Positions 47,901 to 61,711 of a stretch of DNA of 64,000 bases are shown piece after piece; the stretch's first letter is position 1; each line of letters begins with the position of its first letter. The position numbers were made by a program, and so were the translations under genes. A model generated the notes under the pieces. The model was given only the letters and a program-made list of their open reading frames with translations, was not told the origin of the DNA and did no database searches. This DNA comes from Longimicrobiales bacterium. GTDB lineage: Bacteria > Gemmatimonadota > Gemmatimonadetes > Longimicrobiales > Gaopeijiaceae. The stretch covers positions 2,912,001-2,976,000 of the forward strand of contig OZ250165.1 in NCBI GenBank assembly GCA_965238005.1, given 5' to 3'.

Positions 47901-48028
47901 AACACCGGCAGCTCCAGCCGAGGCGGGCGCCACAGCACCGTATCCTGGACCGACTCGACCACGAGACCACGACCGGGCAAAGGCACGGAAAGCGTAAGGG
48001 CCAGAAGGGCAGTAGTCGGCAGCATCAC
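41972..48028 (-). CDS. sprA: SprA/Sov-like very large outer-membrane beta-barrel protein (2018 aa)
   Basis: Signal peptide; motifs recalled from SprA: INIFYEGEEDEVLQHLELG, WDLEMHQVY, LARGVDYEIDYSIGQV, SEDLDGDGNLD, GEVWVNDMRLS; C-terminal amphipathic strands ending FGLFGRF. Confidence 0.75.
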   Translation of the reverse strand: MMLPTTALLALTLSVPLPGRGLVVESVQDTVLWRPPRLELPVFLAAFPGRSGAAPAPVARLGLKPVLPLVPFELEVPAVVRGGPIPIASRWLVAPGPTLMRRRLTLQRMALFEPSAPERARRPVSGESDASLPVGGLADLDVEIVGQAELGGDWTRFRPCDTRVQFSCDPGLLPQLDPDIQFAVRAQGTIAERIRLDVDFDQAREFSAANNINIFYEGEEDEVLQHLELGDITFDLPASHFLTEGIPAGNFGFLASGQLGPLELDGVWAQQQGDLSRREFRLSGGPGQEGFVQVDTLVLDDADYVRGQFFFLVDPEFIDRSPHIDVLSLDLSSGPAALSPGVAPIQVYRFETDPVTRQQIEGLIQADGFATKDGDTVEESGWFRFLQPGVDYSVHSSGLWLALRQPLRRDEMLAVTYVTATGDTIGTYNPERVYNEGGRPRLKLLKASRANHRPGRPTWDLEMHQVYRISSSPDVDPSSVQLTISLGELSAGRTFKRDLGGRDITFLRLFGLDEESPVDVLDAAGVYKPALDVFQEQPVIPGVFIVFPTLRPFQIPPPIESLGLSDVEAAQILGADGNPTIYQEEDPFRRESGGLYRLTIPFELRSRGVISSFSLGAIGIRDDSERIFLGDRLLARGVDYEIDYSIGQVTLIQPEVLFATASEPVVRASWEQKSIFQVKPTTVFGLSGRLSAGEVGGFNFLALHQRERTLVNRPQLGVEPAAITLSGLSMDFDFPARGLDRLVESIPFLRVGGPSRIGVEGEVALSFPNPNIRSDVFLDDFDASNELSLSLFSYDWLHGSAPGFRDGAEGVLPVALNQTDAGDLVWQHSWTLRGVRQDSVGVFAGFFPQDGIDRQINVQGSQAREIGLLFSFTPNQDVPDRTSWRSMSTSLSATGLDLSKSESLEFYVAEGDSLSLVIDLGIVAEDALFVDTQGRVNGVKSNGTPWGRGILDHEADPRLGEIWSEEADQRGVWLEACQAEPAAVYSTGDPRANCTRGNGRQDSEDLDGDGNLDTLERYLRFVVRLDGSSPFLVRTRAETGTSFQLYRVPLRGAGATEVPGSFSEADFRAVKHMRITVAGAREQQFVLARMRIVGTRWVRRTESGVLRGIVGDTASFVGRAGVGPVSRVTEGDGYQAPPGVVQELDDPTATFGGRGLEFNEKGLKLEYEDLQSGDRAEVFNRFPQRPRDFLGYGELRLWALARAGDWGPTQPVSFFVKVGEDAENFYLYRTPLTRVVSPDRVTPGDWLPEIVVDFTEWLNLRREAEEELIVNPRGPGDPPLELWARDSTYAVVLKDRARAPNLAAVRELSLGVWNRLAGPTTGEVWVNDMRLSDPLRDVGVASHFGVDVEASDVWTTHMTFTNRGALFRQLKENPTFQADRVFNLNSTLNLGRMTPATWGVEIPLTISHVQVDQDPQFLARSDVRAGSVENLRETGSRRTRVDISFRKRSPSANPVVGLLLDGLEARAGYYTVNSSSITAKGSSEGVDARVGYGRAVGRREFGVIPGFLRPVIRWLLPKEWGDAIVNSRLRWTPERLSFGASYARADQRALRFDQIVEAPGDTLLQATLSPRESFEGAMEIVFRPFRALTAQADLVSIRDLLAPEEAVTDTEIQGLLDEERSELFGLDFGWETDQLLRTRMNYEPRLGDWLRANLGWQTYYSSDRNATFVDRSLEGGDTVLALQRNVNGQKDFTGQFTILPAALLGPPPQDSEESGLGRFLRRLLGSVDPVSITYQEGITSRFNRRPVSPGVGYRFGFSDMDGYRFLDADTATTLTDRSGWAARSGVRLPAALQVGVNYRLSKANTLDTRSDRTLRRETWPDVSAAVASLPLPESQSLLRRVSLSTGFQRIRQETAFGGFGQQRRFQQDERIPVDLAVVWGGSLSTSYRGSFVRGEGGDPTGDTERTRRNHTFSISGTFRPPIGWADRLERPLTTSALYQFTSDRHCRTTAGGTDCVPFLDELIRSLMVRLETTVSGTDLRLQLSYTDRRSFVGLRSGSTQFQFGLFGRFVIADDALLR

Positions 48029-48079
48029 AAGGTGGTCATGCCGGGATCGGATGCCGGATTACGGTGTAGGTGTGTTCGA

Positions 48080-49525
48080 ATGGGGATTATCACCAGGTAT
48101 CTAATCCGTGCTCACGCGGGGCCGTTTCTCTTTGCGTTCTCGGCCTTGACCGGGCTCCTCTTCCTGAACGCTGTAGCTCAGCGGATGGACAGCCTCGTCG
48201 GTAAGGGTCTGCCGTGGAGTGTCATCGGAGAGTTCCTACTGCTCTCCCTACCCCACACGATCGCTCTGACTCTCCCCATGGCCATCCTCGTCTCGGTGCT
48301 TTACACCTTCAGTGAGCTTACTGCCGCCAACGAGATTACCGCCATGTCCGCCGGCGGAATCAAGCCCATCCGTATGCTGAGCCCCCTCCTGGGAGTCGGC
48401 ATCATCCTGGCAGGGGTGATGTATTTTTTCAACGATCAGGTGCTGCCCGCGGCCAATCACCAGCTCAAGAACCTCATCATCGACATCGGGAAGAAGAGCC
48501 CGACCCTGGAGCTTCGGGAGCGGGTCATCAACCGTCTCCAGACGGAATCCCGGTCGGGCACAGTCTACCTGCAGGCGGCCACCATCGATCCCGTCACCAA
48601 CGAGATGACCGACGTGGTCATCTACGACTTGAGCGACCCCTACGCCCACCGAACCACGTACGCCCTCAGCGGAAAGATGGAGTTCAACGAGGGGCGCACC
48701 GACCTCTATTTGACGCTGTACGACGGTGAGGTCCGGGAGGTGGGAAAGGACCGATTCGGCGAGTTCAAGCGATCGGAGTTCAAGATCCAGATCGTTCCCC
48801 TGAGGGGGGTGGGCGACGAGTTGGAGCGTCAGCAGGGCGGGACCATTCGGAGTGATCGGGAGATGTCCGTCGGCATGCTCCGGGAGGAGGTCGCGGACCG
48901 AGTCGCAGAGATGAAGCGGGTGCAGGAGAGCGGCTATGAGCGAGCCCGAATGGCTCTCGATCAGGCCCTCGGCCTCCCCCCGGAAGGCTCACCCAACCCG
49001 TATCAGGTGGCCTTCAACCCGGAGGCCGATGAGGATGACGACGACGTGGCCGGCGAGGAGTTCCTCGCCTCCAAGGACGACGTGACCCGGCGGCTCGCCC
49101 AGACCGGTCGTCAGAATCACGGCCAGTTGTACGCGATGCAGTCCGCCATCGACCGGTTCCGGGTCGAGATCCACAAGAAGTTCGCCATCGCCTTCGCGTG
49201 CATCGTGTTCGTCCTGATCGGTGCTCCCCTGGCGATCCGCTTCCCGCGAGGGGGAGTCGGGATGGTGATCGCCGTCTCGGTAGGGATCTTCGCCGTGTAC
49301 TGGGCCGGCCTGATCGGTGGCGAGAACCTGGCGGATGAAGGGGTGGTTCCGCCCTTCTGGGCCATGTGGGCCCCCGACCTGGTGTTCCTGGTCCTGGGGA
49401 TATTCCTCGTAGCGCGCATGGGTCGAGCCGGTGGTGCGAACCGGGGTGGGGGCTTGGACGAGGCCCTCTTCGCCGTGGGAGACTTCATCCGCCGCAGGGT
49501 GAGACCGCGGCGCGCCTCAGCATGA
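48080..49525 (+). CDS. lptF: LptF/LptG family LPS export permease (LptF-like)
   Basis: IITRYLIR, LTLPMAIL, NEITAMSAGGI, VEIHKKFAI, IGAPL, AMWAP. Confidence 0.88.
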   Translation: MGIITRYLIRAHAGPFLFAFSALTGLLFLNAVAQRMDSLVGKGLPWSVIGEFLLLSLPHTIALTLPMAILVSVLYTFSELTAANEITAMSAGGIKPIRMLSPLLGVGIILAGVMYFFNDQVLPAANHQLKNLIIDIGKKSPTLELRERVINRLQTESRSGTVYLQAATIDPVTNEMTDVVIYDLSDPYAHRTTYALSGKMEFNEGRTDLYLTLYDGEVREVGKDRFGEFKRSEFKIQIVPLRGVGDELERQQGGTIRSDREMSVGMLREEVADRVAEMKRVQESGYERARMALDQALGLPPEGSPNPYQVAFNPEADEDDDDVAGEEFLASKDDVTRRLAQTGRQNHGQLYAMQSAIDRFRVEIHKKFAIAFACIVFVLIGAPLAIRFPRGGVGMVIAVSVGIFAVYWAGLIGGENLADEGVVPPFWAMWAPDLVFLVLGIFLVARMGRAGGANRGGGLDEALFAVGDFIRRRVRPRRASA

Positions 49526-50595
49526 TCCGCATCCTCGACCTGCTCATCGCCCGGACCTTTCTGCGCATTTTTGCCCTGTTCATCGTCGGGGCCCCCCTGC
49601 TCTTCGTCGTGGGCAACATCGTCGAGAATGTGGACCGCTACTTCGACCGGGGCCTCACCGCCAAGGAGGTGGCCTGGGCGTACGTGTACCAGTTTCCCGA
49701 GTACATCTCCTGGTCCTTTCCCATCGCCGCCCTCATCGCGGCGGTCTTCACGATCCACTCCATGACGCAGCACCGGGAGGTCATGGCCGCCAAGGCCGGG
49801 GGGATCTCGTTCCACAGGCTCATGGTCCCCCTCCTCGTGATGGGTCTGGCGCTGACCGGCGCCGGTCTCCTGCTCAACGAGGTGGTGCCCGTGGCGAAGC
49901 GCCGCGCCGGGCAGATCCTCCGCAGTGAGGACCCCAGACGACGATGGCGAGCCGACTTCGTCTTCAAGGCCGATGACGAACGGACCCTTACGGTGCGGCG
50001 GTTGAACGTGGAGCCGGCGAGTCTGCGTGAGGTGGTCATGGAGGTCCCGAAGGGGCCATCGGGACAGCCGGCCGAGCACGTTTCGGCCAGGGAGGTCCCT
50101 TTCGACACCATCCACGGGTGGACCTTCAAGGACGGTTACCTCCGGATCCTCCCCGACGACCGGCCGGCCCTGACCTTCTACTTCGACTCTCTTCGCACGC
50201 GGGGCTTCGGCGAGCACCCGGCCAACCTTCTCGAACAGCCCCGCGATGAAGACGAGATGACCGTGGCGGAGATCGATCGCATGGCGGCCAACATCAGCCG
50301 TTCGGGCGGCGACCCCAGCAGGCTCCTCGTGAAGCGGGAGCAGCGCAGAGCCATCGCGGTGGCGACGCTGGTGATCATCCTCTTCGGCGGGCCGCTCGCG
50401 ACGACCTCACGACGGGGCGGTGCGGCCTACGGCATCGGCGTGGCGCTGGGATCGACGATCCTCTACCTGCTCTTGTTCAGGCTCGCGGGGGCAGCCGGAC
50501 GGACGGGAGCCATGTCGCCGCTTCTCTCGGCGTGGTTGCCCAACTTCATGTTCCTGGCGTGTGGCCTGGTTCTGCTCAAGCGCGTGAGGACCTAG
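49522..50595 (+). CDS. lptG: LptF/LptG family LPS export permease (LptG-like)
   Basis: ATGA overlap; MIRILDLLI, FPIAAL, REVMAAKAGGIS, SAWLPN. Confidence 0.88.
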   Translation: MIRILDLLIARTFLRIFALFIVGAPLLFVVGNIVENVDRYFDRGLTAKEVAWAYVYQFPEYISWSFPIAALIAAVFTIHSMTQHREVMAAKAGGISFHRLMVPLLVMGLALTGAGLLLNEVVPVAKRRAGQILRSEDPRRRWRADFVFKADDERTLTVRRLNVEPASLREVVMEVPKGPSGQPAEHVSAREVPFDTIHGWTFKDGYLRILPDDRPALTFYFDSLRTRGFGEHPANLLEQPRDEDEMTVAEIDRMAANISRSGGDPSRLLVKREQRRAIAVATLVIILFGGPLATTSRRGGAAYGIGVALGSTILYLLLFRLAGAAGRTGAMSPLLSAWLPNFMFLACGLVLLKRVRT

Positions 50596-50620
50596 GAGGC
50601 ACCGGAGCCGCGCACGGCTC

Positions 50621-51517
50621 CTAGCAAGCCTCGAGCTCCTCCAGGAATCCAGGGGTGAGTCGACCCCGGTATATCTCCTGGACCGGTCCCCTCAGCGTGA
50701 CGTCCGATTCGCCACTTACCGTCACCTCCAGGCTCCCGCCCTCCATGCGGACCGCGTAGGCACCGGGCTCTCCCCTGCCCGACTTCACCGTGGCCGCCGC
50801 CACCGCGCAGGCGGACGTGCCCGACGCGGAGGTGGGCCCCACGCCCCTCTCCCAGACGCGAGCCTCGACCAAACCGTGACCGAGAACGCGGGCCATCTGC
50901 ACGTTGGTCCCGGCGGCGAACGCCCTGTGGGTCGAGATCAATGGCCCGATCACGTCCAGCCTTTCGGGAGCCCACACTTCGGGAAACACCACAGCGTGTG
51001 GATTGCCCACCGAAACCAGCTCGAGAACATGAGCACCCGCCGAGCCGAGATCGATCCGTCCCTCGGCGTCGAGGGCGGCCGGATCGAGGCCTACCGCTTC
51101 GGGGCCGTATCCTATACGGCCCATATCGACGGACACGTCGTACACGCCCCTCCCCGTATGCCCAAGGACATGTAGCTGGACGGTGTCGCCACCCACCTCG
51201 ACGTCGAAGGGCTCCCCAGCTACGAGACCCTCCGCCGCCAGATACGATGCGAGGATGCGGAGCCCGTTGCCGCTACGCTCGAACTCGGAGCCGTCGGGAT
51301 TGAACATGCGGAGCCGGAACGGCGGCCCCTCGCGGTCCAGGAGGACCACGATGCCGTCGCTCCCTGGACCTCTCCAGCGGTCACAGACGACTGCGATGCT
51401 CTCCGGCCGGATGGCCCAGTCGCTCCCGGCATCGAACACGATGTAGTCGTTGCCGAGGCCATGGCCCTTGAAGAGTCCGGACCCTGCGTGGAGGGCCCCA
51501 CGCGCAGTGAGCGTCAC
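50621..51517 (-). CDS. dapF: Diaminopimelate epimerase family protein with Ser at both catalytic Cys positions
   Basis: KGHGLGNDY, GSDG, MFNPDGSEFERSGNGLR, VGNPHAV, TNVQ, WERGVGPTSASGTSACA. Start approximate. Confidence 0.85.
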   Translation of the reverse strand: MTLTARGALHAGSGLFKGHGLGNDYIVFDAGSDWAIRPESIAVVCDRWRGPGSDGIVVLLDREGPPFRLRMFNPDGSEFERSGNGLRILASYLAAEGLVAGEPFDVEVGGDTVQLHVLGHTGRGVYDVSVDMGRIGYGPEAVGLDPAALDAEGRIDLGSAGAHVLELVSVGNPHAVVFPEVWAPERLDVIGPLISTHRAFAAGTNVQMARVLGHGLVEARVWERGVGPTSASGTSACAVAAATVKSGRGEPGAYAVRMEGGSLEVTVSGESDVTLRGPVQEIYRGRLTPGFLEELEAC

Positions 51518-51879
51518 AGCCGATTCCCACCGTTCAGCTTTCTCATCAAACCGCCGATCCCCGTGGAGCGTCGTCGCGACGACGTCGCGGTGACCGGGAC
51601 AGGGATGATCGAATCGTGGCCGACAACACATACAACAACAAGTGGGATTCAATATACATGAGGACCGCCCTACTCCGGGGTCTGGGGGGCAGGCCTAGGA
51701 ATTCCGGAGGTACGGCACTAGCTTTTTCGGACACAATTCGGACGGGGTCATTTGTGGCGTATTGCGGCCCGACACAAAACCGCTAAAAAGCCAGACCTCG
51801 ACGCTGTCGGTTCGCGACGAGGTTTTGAATTTTCGGATCCCCTTCCGAGCGTCCACATGGGAGGTGCGAGACGATTCCG

Positions 51880-55589
<3,710 letters not shown>

Positions 55590-55593
<4 letters not shown>

Positions 55594-57536
55594 GCAAGGA
55601 AGACAGCATGGTCGACCCCCTCCGGTCCCTGATCGACGACGGGCGCGTCCACGTCCTGGACGGCGCCATGGGGACGGAGCTCTACACCCGGGGCGTCTTC
55701 GTGAACGTCTCGTACGACGGGCTCAACCTGGAGACGCCAGACATCGTCGAGGCCATCCACCGGGACTATGTGAGTGCCGGAGCAGAGATCCTTGAGACGA
55801 ACACCTTCGGGGCGAACCCCGTGAAGCTCTCCAGCCACGGCCTGGCCGATCGGACCGAGGAGATCAACCGGGCAGCGGTGCAGCTCGCGCGCCGCGCCGC
55901 GAACGGCAGGGCCGCAGTGGCCGGAGCCATGGGCCCCCTGGGCATCCGCATCGAGCCCTTCGGTCCCACCTCCCGTGAAGAGGCACGGGAGCTTTACGAA
56001 CGGCAGGTGACCGGCCTCTTGGAGGGCGAGGTCGACGGCTTCGTTCTGGAGACTTTCAGTGATCTGAACGAGCTGGAGCAGGCCTTCCGGGCGGTCCGGA
56101 AGAACTCCGACCTCCCCCTCTTCTGCCAGATCACCGTGGGAGAGGACGGGCGTACCTCCTACGGGACGTCGCCCGAGGCCGTGGCGTCGGAGGTCACCCA
56201 CTGGGGAGCCGACGTGATCGGCCTGAACTGCTCGGTGGGGCCCGCGGTCGTGCTCGATGCCGTGGAGCGCATGGCTCGGGTGACCGATCTGCCGTTATCC
56301 GCCCAACCCAACGCCGGCCTCCCGCGGGCGGTAGGCGACCGCAAGATCTACCTGGCGAGCCCGGAGTACATGGCGCAGTACGCCAGACGGATGATCGAGG
56401 CGGGAGCTCGCTTCGTGGGCGGATGCTGCGGAACCAGCCCGGAGCATGTCCGAAAGATCCGGGCGGTGGTGGCCGGTGCCCAGGCGTCTGTTCCACGGGT
56501 GAGAGTGAGCGGCCGCGGTGAGTCGGAGGCCCTCGACGCTCAGCCGGAGATTCCCATGGAGGAGCGCTCCGATTGGGGACGCAAGCTCGCAGAGGGTGCC
56601 TTCGTCACGAGCTTGGAGATCATCCCCCCAAAGGGCTGGAATCCGGCGGGGATGCTCGATCAGTGCCGACGGATACGGGATGCCGGCGCCGACTCCGTGA
56701 ACGTCCTGGACAGCCCACACGCCCGTAGCCGCATGAGCGCCCTTCCCGCCGCGCTGCTGATTCAACAGGACGTCGGGATCGAGACGATCGTCCACTACCC
56801 GTGCAGGGATCGGAACATGACCCGCATGATCAGCGATCTGCTCGGGGCCGCAGCCGGAGGAATAAGCAACCTCCTGATCGTGACCGGACGCCCGCCCACC
56901 ACCGGCCCCCACCCCGACTCCACGGCCGTCCTCGACATCGACTCCATCGGGCTCACGAACGTGGTCCACGGCCTGAACCGAGGCGTCGACCCGGGTGGTA
57001 ACAGCATAGGTAGCCCCACCCGTTTCGTCATCGGGGTCCGGGTGAATCCGGTGGCGGTGGATCAGGAACAGGAGATCGGACGCTTCCGGTGGAAGGCGGA
57101 CGCCGGAGCCCATTTCGTGGTCACGCCTCCCATGTTCGCGCCCGGGCGGCTGACGGACTTCCTCTCCCGAGCGCCGGACCTGGCTGTGCCCGTCGTGGTC
57201 GGCCTAAAGCCCCTGACGTCGGTGGGAGAGGCGGAATTCCTCCACAACGAGGTGCCCGGAGTCGAGGTACCAGCGGAGATCTTCCAGCGGATGACCGACG
57301 CCGAAGCCGGCGGAGCGGAGGCCGCCTTGGCCGAAGGAGTCCGCATAGCCCTGGAAGCGTTCGAGGAGATCCGGGATGAGGTGGCGGGGGTTCACGTCAG
57401 CGTGCCTGTGGACCATCTCGACGGAGCGCTTGAGGTATTGGCGGGGGTCAGGGCTGCCGGTCAGCAGGCGGCCACGGGACTCGCTCCAACACTTTCGCCA
57501 GACGATCCTGCACGCGTCGATGACCCAGGTTGCTAA
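55590..57536 (+). CDS. yitJ: Bifunctional homocysteine S-methyltransferase / methylenetetrahydrofolate reductase (YitJ-type); MTHFR half looks degenerate
   Basis: [19 protein letters not shown], then EIIPPKG, CRDRN, LHNEVPG; GTGA overlap with metH. Confidence 0.9.
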
Positions 57537-58358
57537 CGTAGACCTTGTTCGCCCCGACGGCCCGGAGCGCCTTGAGGGTCCGGGCCATGACCTCCTCGGG
57601 TGTGGCCCCGGCGTCGAACTCGCGGGTGAGCTCCTCGACGGGAACCGGGAAGAAGTCCTTCAACCTCCCCAAAGTCCCAGGCTTCGCGCTCCAATAGTAG
57701 AAGACGCCGAACAGCCCCGGGGTCGTGACGTTCCGCTTGTCGCACTCCTCGAGGAACGCTTCCACCCTTCCCACGGAGTGATGCGATACCACCTGCGTGA
57801 GGTAGAAGTCCGCCGAGAAGTCCTTTGAGCTCAGGTAATCCACCTGTTTGACGAGATCGCGGTGTGGATTCGCCCAACCGCCGAGGGAGAGTGTGGGTTG
57901 CCGCTTTCGGATCTGCTCCCGGAGGAGGTAGGCGTGGGGCACGCATCGGGGCGGACCCACCGAGGCGTCGCCGCCCACCACGGTTATGGCCTCGAATCCC
58001 AGGGAATGAGCCCGATCGGCGTAGGTGAGGCAGTACGCCAGGGGGTGCTTGCACGTCAGGAAGGGGACGAGTCGGGAGAGGGGCACATCGGATCCCACGT
58101 TGGCTGCCAGGTGGGCCAGATTCTCCTCTTCCCTAGACCCTACGGCGTCGTCGGTCAGGAACACGAAGACGTCGTTTAGAGCCAGGTTGCGGATGGAGTG
58201 GTTGAGGTCGATCCAGGTGTCCATCCCCTCGGACGACGAGAGACCGCTGCGAGGCGGACGAAGCTCTAGGGTGGCGAGCGGACCGGGCCGTTGGAGCATC
58301 TCCACCAGACTCAGGCGAGACTGATCGGAGAAGCGGTCCCAGCCGGCCGGCCGGCTCA

Positions 58359-58362
<4 letters not shown>
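57448..58362 (-). CDS. Stand-alone MetF/MTHFR-like FAD-linked oxidoreductase
   Basis: LELRPP, FLTD, FLTCK, VVGGD, GGWANP, DFYLTQ. Confidence 0.65.
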
Positions 58363-59771
<1,409 letters not shown>

Positions 59772-59850
59772 GTGTCTTCTCCAGGGTGTGGGCTCGACGT
59801 CCGAAAAATAGGTGGCTCCGAAGCCGCCCCACAACCGGAGTCGTGACCCG

Positions 59851-59880
59851 ATGTGACCCTTCCGGCGCATTCCTCGTCTA
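59851..59880 (+). promoter_or_regulatory. Putative ECF-sigma promoter, copy 1
   Basis: ATGTGACCC-N13-CTCGTCTA; same boxes and spacing as 61104..61133. Confidence 0.75.
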
Positions 59881-59928
59881 GTACCCAGCCTCGAAACGGA
59901 AACACACTGCGTTTACAAGGAGAGAACC

Positions 59929-60987
59929 ATGTATAAAGCGCCAGCTACCAGCAACGGAGCCACCGGATTCCTGATGCTGATCTTCCTCCTGTGGGGAGCA
60001 CTCTACATAGGCGGATGCACCGATACACCCAGCGATCCAGGCTTCGACGAAATGCCGCCGATGGAGGACGTGGAGATCGAGATGGCTACTGATCCCGATC
60101 TCACTGCGTCTCTCATCGAAGACGTATCCATCTCCATGACCGCCAACATGACGACCGCGGCCTCCGTCGAGATCTCGACGGCCGAGGGCCTCTTCAGCCA
60201 GGCCCGCGTCGAGTTGACGCGGGGAGACTACGAGCGGGTGCGCTCGCTGGGCGACCAGGCCCGGGAGGCGCTGGGCCGAGCCCTGACGCGGGGGCGGGAC
60301 CGCTCCAGCCTGGATAATTACATCGACCGAACCCGGCACCTGCGCCGGCGTCTCGCAGCCGGTGACACGGACGACTTCGATCGGCCCGCCGAGCTGGAGA
60401 GAGATATCGATCGCCTCCTGGGCGAAGCGACGGCAGCGCTCAGTCGCGGCGACGACGTCACGGCCGGTAAGCGGGTCGTCGAGGCGAACGAGCGGACAGA
60501 CCGGAGTCGTATCAGGCGTCACCGTGGCGATCCCGAGAAGGGCGCCCGGCTGGTCGTGGCCATGGCCAAGCAGGCCGTCGAGCTCGCCAACCGCCTCCTG
60601 AACGGCACGGAGATCGGCGAGCGCCAGCAGCACCTTCTGGACACCGCCGCGCGCCTGGCCGGAGCGTCGGCCGAGGCCTTCCAGAAAGGTCACTTTCGCC
60701 AGGCCATCATGCTCGGCCACAAGGCCGTGAGCGTGTCGCTCATGGCCGTCGTCAGGCCCGAGGGCGTGACGGATGACGAGATCCGAGCCCTCAGCGAACT
60801 GGCCGAATCCGAGCTCGCGGCCGCCAGTGCCGCCCTGGATCTCGAGCCCAACGAAGTTCTCGAGAAGCTCCTGAACCGGGCCGTCGAAGCCTTCGAGTCC
60901 GGTGTCCAGCACGTGGAGAACGGCAACACCCGGGGCATCCAGCTGATCTGGAGAGCCGCGGTCGTGGGAGCGGTGATCGCGAGCTGA
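59929..60987 (+). CDS. Hypothetical alpha-helical lipoprotein
   Basis: GGAG RBS; hydrophobic leader ending IGG|C; Ala/Leu/Glu/Arg-rich helical repeats. Confidence 0.75.
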   Translation: MYKAPATSNGATGFLMLIFLLWGALYIGGCTDTPSDPGFDEMPPMEDVEIEMATDPDLTASLIEDVSISMTANMTTAASVEISTAEGLFSQARVELTRGDYERVRSLGDQAREALGRALTRGRDRSSLDNYIDRTRHLRRRLAAGDTDDFDRPAELERDIDRLLGEATAALSRGDDVTAGKRVVEANERTDRSRIRRHRGDPEKGARLVVAMAKQAVELANRLLNGTEIGERQQHLLDTAARLAGASAEAFQKGHFRQAIMLGHKAVSVSLMAVVRPEGVTDDEIRALSELAESELAAASAALDLEPNEVLEKLLNRAVEAFESGVQHVENGNTRGIQLIWRAAVVGAVIAS

Positions 60988-61103
60988 CCCCGCGCATCGA
61001 TGACAGCGGCACAGTGTCGTCGAGCATACGACGTCACGAGCGGCGCCGGGGGGGCGACGCCGGGGGAGCGAGCAGCCCCCTCGGCGTTCGCCGTGTAGTT
61101 GAA

Positions 61104-61133
61104 ATGTGACCCCGACCATGTTTCTCTCGTCTA
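61104..61133 (+). promoter_or_regulatory. Putative ECF-sigma autoregulatory promoter, copy 2
   Basis: ATGTGACCC-N13-CTCGTCTA, ending about 30 nt before the sigma ATG. Confidence 0.75.
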
Positions 61134-61162
61134 TCCTTTGGGGCCCCGGTACCTTTCCCTCA

Positions 61163-61711
61163 ATGTCAGCGGAAGAACTCAGCGACGGCGAGGTGGTCCG
61201 GGAGATCCTGGGTGGGCAGCGCGAGATGTACCGCGTGCTAGTCCACCGGTACCAGGATGTTCTGTACAGACACGCCTACCGAATGGTGGGCCGGGCGGAC
61301 GACGCTGCCGACATCGTGCAGAAGACCCTGGTGAGCGGCTTCCAGAAGCTGAACCGCTGCCGCGACCCCGAGCGGGTAGGTGGCTGGCTCTTCCGGATCG
61401 CCGCCAACCTCTGCAAGGACTTCCTGAAGAGTCCACGCAGGGACGACCTCTCGCTCGATGGGGCGTCGGCCACGGTCATCGACCGGTCGAGCCCCGACGA
61501 CGACATGGAGCGGGAGGAACTGAAGGAGCGGGTTCAGCAGGCGTTGGAGCGGCTGAGCCCAGAGCAGCGTGAGGCCTTCGTGCTAAAGCACCTTGAAGGG
61601 CGATCGTACGACGAGATAGCGACCCTGCTGGGGGCGTCGAAGTCGGCTCTGAAAATGAGGGTGCTACGAGCCCGAGAGGAGCTCCAGACATTGTTGAAGG
61701 TGTACCGATGA
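61163..61711 (+). CDS. ECF RNA polymerase sigma factor
   Basis: LVHRYQ, DAADIVQ, WLFRIAANLCKD, LSPEQREAFVL, SYDEIA, KMRVLRAR. Confidence 0.95.
   Translation: MSAEELSDGEVVREILGGQREMYRVLVHRYQDVLYRHAYRMVGRADDAADIVQKTLVSGFQKLNRCRDPERVGGWLFRIAANLCKDFLKSPRRDDLSLDGASATVIDRSSPDDDMEREELKERVQQALERLSPEQREAFVLKHLEGRSYDEIATLLGASKSALKMRVLRAREELQTLLKVYR

Noticed and set aside
51540..51879. SAM-I or cobalamin riboswitch upstream of metH (CTCATC-like start)
   Set aside because: The conserved cores (GAGGGA, GCAACC, GTGC for SAM-I; GGGAA, B12 box for cobalamin) are not found in order.
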